Shown piece after piece: positions 55,186-64,000 of a stretch of DNA of 64,000 bases (positions are counted from its first letter, which is position 1; each line of letters begins with the position of its first letter). The position numbers were made by a program, and so were the translations under genes. The stretch covers positions 1-64,000 of the forward strand of contig JAHLWZ010000809.1 in the NCBI GenBank assembly GCA_020536535.1, in the 5' to 3' direction. Source of the DNA: Pelomyxa schiedti. Lineage: Eukaryota; Protista; Evosea. The notes below the pieces were generated by a model. The model was not told the DNA's origin. It did no database searches and saw only the letters and a program-made list of their open reading frames with translations.

Positions 55186-57246
55186 TCAGGCATTTGGGGG
55201 TTTTTGTGGGTTGTCTGAGGGGGGACTCTCAGAGGATTCTATGAGTTCGAGGGATTTACCCTTAGTTTCTGGTACGCTTTGACACTTTAGAGGCAGGTTT
55301 TGAGTTGCAGGGAGTGCAAGACACACATGAAGATTACAAATACTAGTGTTACAAGTGCCACGCAGGAGTATATCCAAAATACGCCAGCAAGGGAAACGGC
55401 CTTGGCAAGTGTAAGGAATGACAGGGACACAAACAGGTTGGTGAGCCAGTTGGTGGCAGTGGCTGCTCCGTTACCGGCACCCCGTACAGCTATTGGGTAT
55501 ATCTTCCAACTTGTCAGGAAAGAGATTGTATGCATAGCTTACCTCACTGTTGACACACCACGGAACTGGGCCCATGCCAATGCCAAAGAAGGCGGTATAA
55601 AGCATCAAAGAAAATACAGCTAGTATACCCCAAGGGCCTTCTGAGTCCACAGAGCCTCGATGAAAACAAAAGCCAAGTACAAGAAGGGAAAGAATTAGGC
55701 CTAGACAACTTAAGTTTTAAAAAAAAAAAAAAGTGTTTATTCACAATACACACATCAACAGGAGGGTAAGGCAAACCGATGCAACTTAGATGCAGTAATA
55801 ATTTTCTTCCAATCCTGTCAATTAACAAAAGACAAACTAGTAAAGTGAGGAAATCTTGGGGACATAAGGGACATTGCTCACAAAGAGTTGACAGTGTGTT
55901 AGCGAGAGCCACAAAATTGGAAAGCCATATAGCTGCTGAAGGAGTTGTATATCCGGCAAAAGTAATAATAGTGGCCGAGTAATACATCACCTTAAGTGGT
56001 TTATCTCTAAAAAGAAGAACACTAAAATCTTACTGTGTTAATTCCACATAGTTGCTGAAATGCTTGCAATCCCAGACCCACCAGGAGGGCAAAAAGCACT
56101 TGTCTTGTAAGAAGTAAATTGATTGATAATTCTCTTTCAGCTTCTAGAACAGCTATTATTTCGTCCTTCTGCTTTATTGCTTCATCCTACGAATGTATAA
56201 GCCAAAAGAAAGGTATGGGGGTAATTTCTACGGCGACTGGTTAAATCTTGTCTTTGAGGAAGCATACCGTTCCACAGAGTCTAGACAAGACACTTAGAGC
56301 TTTCTCTGGGGAACCGGCCTTGATTAACCACCTGGGACTTTCAGGCATCCAAACAACTATGGCAATCAATTGGAAAAAGGCAGGAACGGCAGATACCCCA
56401 AGCATCCACCGCCATCCTAGTAAAGAAAGATTTAGCATTACAGTTGAAGAAGGGTACAAACCATGGGAGGCATGCACAACAAGGTAACAAAATACATATG
56501 CGCCCAGCTGGCCTGCTGTTATTCCCAAATTGATGAGTGTGACAAGAGCGCCACGCTTGGAGGCACCAGATATTTCTGCAATAAAAACAGGGGCTATGGT
56601 GGACGAAACTCCAATAGCAACTCCTACTATTGCACGCCCTGAAAGAGAGTTGAGGACTCTTCGAGTTGCTTGGAAGCACACCGAGAAGTAAGACAGAAAA
56701 GGATTGTGCCGCAGCAAGAAACAAAGCTCCAATAACGAAGAAACAGCTACTAAATGCCAACAAGGGCTTTCTACCTAATAAATCTTTTGTTTTTAAGAAT
56801 GGAAGCTTATTACATGCAGCTTCTACCTGAAAGAGGACCAGCACAAAGGGCACCAATTGCAGCTGTCCCAAGAGCACCTGCTACAAATAATTCTAGAATT
56901 TGTTCTTGGTAACCAATAAAAACAAGTGCATGGTACCTTGACAAAAATCGGACAATGAAAGCTGCTTAGAGATTAGCAGAAGGGCTCCAGATACGACCTG
57001 CAGGCTGTTTAATATAATCTAAATTAACCAAGGAAACACTTACCCCAGTATCGTACCCAAAGAGGAAACCTTGAAAAGCTTAATAAGATGGAAAAGACAA
57101 AAAAAAGATGCACCTCCAATGGCGGAGAACCCGGCAAGGCAGAAATACAACAATTTGGATTTCTCTCCTCGGTCTGTCGCCGTACCAGATTGATTACATC
57201 GCTGGATCTCGTCTTTTAGCACCAACATCCGGTGTGACTCACACAT
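55186..57246 (-). CDS. Sugar porter family MFS transporter (myo-inositol transporter-like)
   Basis: AIGG.., APVFIAEISGASKRGALV, GWRWMLGVSAVPA, PESPRWL, IDRIGRKLLL, EIYPIAVRG and VPETKGKSLE. Confidence 0.9.
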
Positions 57247-57598
57247 AGATCTTAATTACCACATTGTGCCTGGCATTTTATATTACGTACTAGCGTCCCC
57301 ACACCGACTCCATGAGTCACGTGACCCTCATTTCCCCCGTTCCGGTAACCATCAGATCTGTTGCAGGCTGCCTTGATCTCGGGTTCTCCTCTCCGTTATT
57401 TGGGCAGCAAGAATCAAACTCACCGTCCGGCGGGTATCCCTCCCTCCATTACCAGAACCACCAATTAACCAAGTACCTCGAGAAACAATTCATTTTTTTC
57501 CTCAGCTCGAAAAGCAAGAAAACAAAGCCTAAGTAGGAGATGCACGCAACAGGTAGCGCCAATGTCATACGCCGATTCGCACCTAATTTTTTTTAAAA

Positions 57599-60272
57599 AT
57601 GCAAACTGAAACGCACGCCCACCTTCCCCACAACGCAGAACGACACCAACAGCGAGACCGAGACTCGTCGGCGTGGGGCAGCGACGCGAGCGAGAACGAC
57701 GGCGGCGCGAGTGACAGTGCCAGCGACGCGGGGGGCGAGAAGGCCGCCACGAGAGGAGGAGGGGGCGGCGGCGGCGGCGGCGGAGGGAGCGGGAACGGCG
57801 GAGGCGGCGGGGCAATGACCACCACATCGTCATCATCTACATCGACCTCGGCTGCGCCCCAAGGGCCCGCCGAGTCGACCTCTCGGCCCTCCAGCAGGCC
57901 GAACTCTCGCCCTTCCTCTGCCAGCAACAGCAGCAGCAGCAACAACAGCAACAACAACAGCAGCAGCGGCAGCAGCAGCAGCACGGGGCGGGGTGGGAAG
58001 ACGAAACAGCGGGGGGCGGGGTCGGCGGCCGCTGCGTCGGCCGCTGCTGCTGCTGCTGCTGCCGCCGCCGCCGCCGCCTCAGCTGCTGCCGCTTCCGCGG
58101 CGGCCGTCGTTGGGGCGGCTCCGGCGAGCGTGCAGCCGCACGACGTGGCGCTTGTGAGGTACAACCTGGCTGCGCAGTTGGTCCAATCGAGGGAGTACGC
58201 TCAGGCGGTGGACGTGCTCCAGGAGCTGATGCACAACATCGAGCCTGTGGACGAGTGGCTGGCGGTCAGGATTTGCCTTCTGCTCGTCGCGTCGCTATAC
58301 AGGCTCAGGCGCACTGAGCAGGGCCTGGGGGTCCTGCATTTGCTGGAGAACATGTTCCCTGACCAAGACACGTCATCGCAGCAGTCCCAGCCCCAGGAGG
58401 GTGACGACACCAGCGTGCGCTTGCACTCACATAGAAGTCAGGACGAGAGTGATGGCGGCTCCTCATTATCTCCGCGGTCATTGGTGAAATCGTGGCGCAT
58501 GGCAAGTGCGGACCTCAAGTACTCGCTGCACTTGCTCAGAAGTAAGTTGGAATGCCAGAGAAATAACTTACGGGCCGTCAAGCATGAGCTCAAACTTGCT
58601 GGCAATAGTGTTCCTCCTAATTCTATCGCAGCTCTATTGGTGAAAGCCGAGCAAGAGCTCTTTCAGCACAATTATAAAAAGTCCATATCTTTACTCATGA
58701 GCGTGAATTCCGCTGCGAACACCAGAGGTAACAATGGCACAGAAAGTGACCATTCACCTTCTGCACCACCACTGGACTCTGCGCTTCCGGTTTTATTCTA
58801 CAATAATCTCGGCTGCGTACATTCTTATATGGGGAAAAATAACGCGGCAGTTATGTATTTTTCACGCGCGCTACAATCCATTGAAACCAAAAGCAATTTT
58901 TGTAAGTTTTTCTTTCTTATCTCCAAAGTGGTCTAACGTCCATAACACAGGGCCTGGATGTGGGATCATAGGTCAAGAATGCAACTTAAGAATTACATAC
59001 AACATGGCACTACAGCTTTTATATGCAGGATCACCAGCAGATGCGTTCAAGTGTTTCCAGAAGTGTATCCCACGAATGACACATGACCCACGACTATGGT
59101 TGAGACTAGCGGAATGTTGTATCGGCATTCAAGCCCTTCAGGTACTCTCAAATGACGAGTTCTTTTGAATGGAAAACTCAATACCCCAACAGGAAAGGGA
59201 AAACCAATTCACTAATACTGGATTTTTCAAACGGCTGTCACCATCAATTGCCACAGCACCTACTATCACAGTAGCGCAATATAGAAACGGACTTACTCCC
59301 TTACTTCTGAAAACACCATTACCTCAGTACGTGGCCTCTGACCCCTTGCCCAACCTATCAGATGTATCAACTACTTTTTCAGGGAAGAGCCAAGCATCTC
59401 CTGTGGAATAGCATGTGCTCGTAATGCATTGCACTTAATCAAAACTGCCCAAAGTTCCCCACCTCCGATTTTGTCATTTGTCATTCCAATTACAAATACA
59501 CCAGCACCACCGCCTGTGCTGTTCACTGAATTAAGGTAGAAGAAGGTGGTGATATAGTACTAACATTTTCAGATATCATGCATTAATTTGTCTCGTCTAT
59601 CTATCGTTAGTAGCAGAAGATTGGTTCGTTGCACTGTCTCATGCAACAGAATTACTTGCCCTGAATCCACCAGAGCCACTAAAGTATGACACAAAATAAC
59701 TATCAAACACCCAACTTCTTTAGATTCTTCGCCCATCTGTATGCTGCAGAGGCACTTTGCTCCTTAGATATGCCTGAGCAAGCAATGCAACATCTCTCCC
59801 CAATACTGTCGGATCCTGGGGCAGTTCCAGTGCTTTCCTCTCCATATTGCCCGCAGCTTGATCCCACTTTGTCCATGCAGGCACCAGCTACAAATACTTC
59901 CGCTCCGGCAACTAGCAGCAGTGCCAGCAGTACCCAGTCACCGCCAACCCCAACATCTCAAACAGTCCTAGCCCACACACTCACTTCAAACAATCTAGCA
60001 GTGGCACAGCTCATTCAAACCTCTGATTTTGTACAAGTACAGCAGTCACTTGCACAGCAAGCAACCACCAATCCCGGGTTCAGCTACCTTGTCCCTTTGC
60101 AGGTAACCTCTCCTATTATTTCAAACTAACTAAATACCTTTGAATGCACCATATACGTGTTTGCTCACTTCCTCCCAAGGTGTACATAGAACTCAAACTA
60201 GGAAATGTAGAAGGTGCAATGGAAATTTTGAAACGTGGCCGGCCACTACCGAGAAGAGGCAAGAAGCCCTAA
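57599..60272 (+). CDS. CNOT10: CCR4-NOT complex subunit 10
   Basis: TPR-like RYNLAAQL..IEPVDEWLAVRICLLL, LFYNNLGCVH, YNMALQLL..AFKCF..DPRLWLRLAECCI, AHLYAAEALCSL; long Ala/Gly/Ser-rich N-terminus. Confidence 0.88.
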
Positions 60273-60425
60273 CAACAATGTACCTTGTAGCTTGACACAA
60301 ATTGTAAAAAAGCCTTTTCTTCCACTCCATCCATCATCACAGTTTCCCCTCAACTTCTCCCAAATTCGTCCCGTTTTCAACGCACCGAGTAAAATAAAAT
60401 TCAACAGCAAAAGCACGACACCGCC

Positions 60426-62430
60426 ATGAGCAACAAGAAGGAGGAGAAAAGCTCGTTGCTGGCTGAGGCAGCCAAGGAATGTCCACAAGGCGAGGACGAC
60501 GAGGCCGCGGGGGCTGCAGCAGGAGGGGACACGCCGCAGCCGCAGCAGCAACGACAACGAGAGGAGGGGGGCGCAGACGACGTGGAGACCCGCTGGGCGG
60601 CGCTGGAGCTCAGCACTGGGGCGGCGGGGAGGGTCGGCAGCGGCGCCAGCGGGGCGGCGGATGGGTGGCTGGGCGGGGAGGGGGGCGCCGAGATGGCCGA
60701 GATGCGGGGGGCACCCGGCGACGCGGTGGTAGTGGACATGCAGGAAGGGGACGCCGGCGGGGACTCGGGCGGCGAGGGGCGCGGGCACGGGGGGCACGGC
60801 CGCAGCAGCCACGGGGGGCACGGGGACCACAGGCACGAGCACAGGCACCGCCACAGCAAAGGGGACAGGGACAAGGAGAGGCACAGGAGACAGAGGGGGG
60901 AGGAGGCAGCGGGCGAGGACCTGGAGAGCGGCATTGGGGCGGACGATAGGGCCATCACCGAGGAGGAGATAGTTGCAAGGGCCGTGGGGGGCGGCTCCGC
61001 AGCAGAATCGACCACCACGGCAAGTGGAATGGGGGGGCGGCTGGGAATGGGGATGGGGATGGGCTCTGGGATGGTGCCTGGTGAGTCTGAGATAGACCTG
61101 GGAAGATATGCTGATGATGGCAGCGGTGCTGCGACGGAGGGAGCTGATGGCGCCGTGGATGACGGCGGAGCCGCCACGGAAGGAGCTGAACCAGTGAGGC
61201 TGGACGAACGCGGGCTGGCGAGGGCAATTGCGGCGGGATTCACTGAAGTAGACCAGCCACACAACCTGCTTGGTTTATGGGGGTAGGTCCTTTTGATTAT
61301 GACCGATGTTCTCACTCCCAGTTCGCAGTCTTTCTTGTTGATGATGTACTTTATTCCAATAACACTGGCTCTTGTTGTTGTACTTATGTTGGATTGGGCA
61401 AGAGCCAGCAAAGACAATTTAGGCCCATATTCTTGTCCACCCTTGAAGGTATGTTATCCGTTGTGAGCTACCTACAAAAATCTCATTGCATTTAAGGCTT
61501 GGGCTATTATACAAGTAATCATTCAGATGTGGTTCATCGCGCATCACAGTGTTGAAATTCAACGATTTTTCCCCGAGACGCATCCATGGCTTCAAAAGTG
61601 TGTGACCCAGTCTTGCCAAATTGAATTGTCTAATCTGAAAATAGTCGCAAGATTCAGGTCTCCTTATCTGTTTTGAGTAAAATCATTTTTGTGGTACTTC
61701 TAGTCTGGCTGGTTGTTGGTCTAGTATGGGTTATACAAACACATCGCAGTGATGAGTGCGTATGTAATGATCGTACCGATTAAAATTTAATTTTGTCTAA
61801 GTCCACTCTGGCACCATTCCTATCGACTACTTGTTACACAGTTGCTATGATAGAAGTAGCTGGCTTTGGATTTGCTGTACTCGGCTGTTGTTGTACAACT
61901 GTTGTAAGTCACTCAACCCCTTCCTTTTTGAGGCGTTAAGCTCCTGCAAGTTGGTTTTCCTGCGCGTATCACTTTACGGCAGTGTAATGTCACGAATTCC
62001 AAGCAGTGGGGCACCACAAGAAAGAATACTGGAACTTCCCTCGTTTCAATTCAAACGCGATTCTCAAGATATTCCGGCTGGAGATACCACGTACTCCTCT
62101 TGGAACCCTTGCTTACCACTTACACAATAACTTTAAGATGTGCCATTTGCCTCACTGACTATGAGGAAGGTGACCCTGTAAGACAACTTCCATGCAAGCA
62201 CCATTTCCACTGCTCCTGTGTGGTTTGTACCTCAGAAGTAACAAACTTGGGACTGACTAGCCCAATTCACATAGGACAAATGGCTGGAAACAAGCAAAAC
62301 ATGTCCATTTTGTAAAAAAGACATCGATGCCGAGCCTCCAACTCCCCAGACCCCCGACCAAGTTGGTACCGGCACAGTAGCAATTTTGCCCGAGACAGTT
62401 GCCACAACAGACCCAACAAGAACTTCCTAG
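60426..62430 (+). CDS. Membrane-associated RING-H2 E3 ubiquitin ligase
   Basis: CAICLTDYEEGDPVRQLPCKHHFHCSCV|DKWLETSKTCPFCK, preceded by hydrophobic exons and a low-complexity N-terminus. Confidence 0.85.
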
Positions 62431-62526
62431 AACAACAAAAAAAAAACCCATAACAAACACAACAACATAATTCTAATGTGTAAAAAGTTCACTTTTTTTT
62501 GTTGTTACATAATGAAAGGGAAAAAA

Positions 62527-64000
62527 TTAGCGTTTCTCTGAGTGGTAGAAGCGCAGTAGCAGGTATACAACAATACGTAGTGCTACAAAGGTGCAAGCAA
62601 GAATGGCTAGATCAATCCATTTGCATGACTTACTGGTGCACAATCCAAAAGTCTTGTACACGTCTTGAGAGTAGGGCTTTCCTTCAAACTCGTTGACCAG
62701 GAGGGCTTCAAAGGTGAACCACATGAAGGATGTACGAACTGACCACTTGGTTTCAGAGGGTAGACGAGGCCGAGTCATGAAAAATCCACCAAGGAGAAGA
62801 GCATGTAGTACAAGAAGAACATAGGCCGCCACTGCCACCTTTGGGTTCTTTGCCCACGCTCCAGCTACATGAGCCAAGGAAAATACAACGCATACTACAC
62901 AGCTAACCAGCAGCACGAAAAATACAAATCGAGAGAAGCGTGGATCCAGACCCACCATCCAATATGACACTCCCGCATAAGCCATAACTACAGAAATCAA
63001 TACTGGGAACTCCACGGTCAAAGAAGCTGCCCAATACGGAGCTGTAGAGAAGTGCCCACTAGCTCGTTCTCTTAAGAACATGTCCCTCTCCTCGCAAAAT
63101 CTGTTTTGCTCATTGAATAAAGTTATGAGACAGTAGTACTTACGTGTCAATAGATGGCATTACAAACATTATAAACGCGCATGCCAATAGCATCATTGTA
63201 TTAATACGAGGACCCGTAGTGGTTCCAATATCTTCCTGCTGCCAAAATACAATTCCAACCAGGAGTGCCGTTATTATCGCTGCTGCTGTCCGTATGTATA
63301 TCACTGAGGGGTTTCTGATCGTACAGAGCAATTCGCGTTTGCATAGTACAAAAAATTGATGTAACTTTGATGGCCTCTGGGAGTAACACTTCTTCACTCG
63401 ACTCTTCGATTTGCCTTGCTCAGATGGTATTTCAACATCAACAACTGTTGAGGTTTCCATAATCTCGGAGCACGGCTCTTCAATTGAAATGGAGTGCATC
63501 TCGTCACCTTGTGCGCTTTGAATATTCCCTTCAGGAGATGGACTTGCATTTGTACGGGGCTTGGGGCTTTTCCCATCTTTTTCTTGTGCCTGAATGTGTG
63601 CGATCTTCGTTGCCAGAAGAAGTCCTGCTTTACTCTCTAGAAAAATCTGGTTCAATTCTTGTGCAACCACAGATGATTCTACTTGAGGTTGTTCGACATT
63701 ATTGGCGTTTTCAGCATCCCCTATAATGTCGAGCATGAAGTCTGCACGTTGGAGAATTGCCAGTTATTTGAAGGCTAAACGCCATAAAAATCAATCAAAG
63801 ACTTTGAGAGAATCAGTCAAGTCAAGGATAAAGTGTTACCATACCAGCAGGATTGGTGAAAGGGGGGCATTTGTGTCCAAGAGAATTGAAATGTGGCACT
63901 ACATCCCCACTTCTTCCAAAGTATACAGTAAATCCCTCATGTAGAAGCAATATATAGTCAAGGATGTTGAATATCGTAGACCGTGGCTGGTGTAACGCCA
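62527..64000 (-). CDS. ABCG-family transporter, 3' part (5' end lies beyond the window)
   Basis: End of the NBD (ADFMLDII), then ABC2-type TMD: QFFVLCKRELLCTIRNP, ERDMFLRERASGHFSTAPYW, FMWFTFEALLVNEF. Confidence 0.88.

Overview
Gene-dense, intron-rich eukaryotic DNA. Short spliceosomal introns are mostly 30-100 nt, intergenic gaps are mostly under 400 bp, and the standard genetic code fits. Gene content (Dictyostelium-type class I PI3K, S53 peptidase, FHA-kinase with a PBZ finger, coactosin-like protein) points to an amoebozoan, plausibly an archamoeba such as Pelomyxa (inference, not verified). I reconstructed about 30 protein-coding genes by hand-splicing, so exon boundaries are manual and some are approximate. 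I found no rRNA, tRNA, CRISPR array or intact transposon. Most notable: (1) a class I-like PI3K carrying an N-terminal BAR domain and a DFG->DFS change; (2) a SIRT6/7-type sirtuin fused to a YEATS acyl-lysine reader; (3) a perfect 66-bp inverted repeat encoding the same 22-aa peptide in two convergent reading frames; (4) a Rab5/22-like GTPase with an MGxC N-terminus and no C-terminal prenylation cysteine; (5) an IQ-RhoGEF-PH-RhoGAP-villin headpiece protein; (6) four intron-containing genes of prokaryote-like families; (7) a 1.1-kb almost CpG-free block; (8) three probable GC-AG introns.
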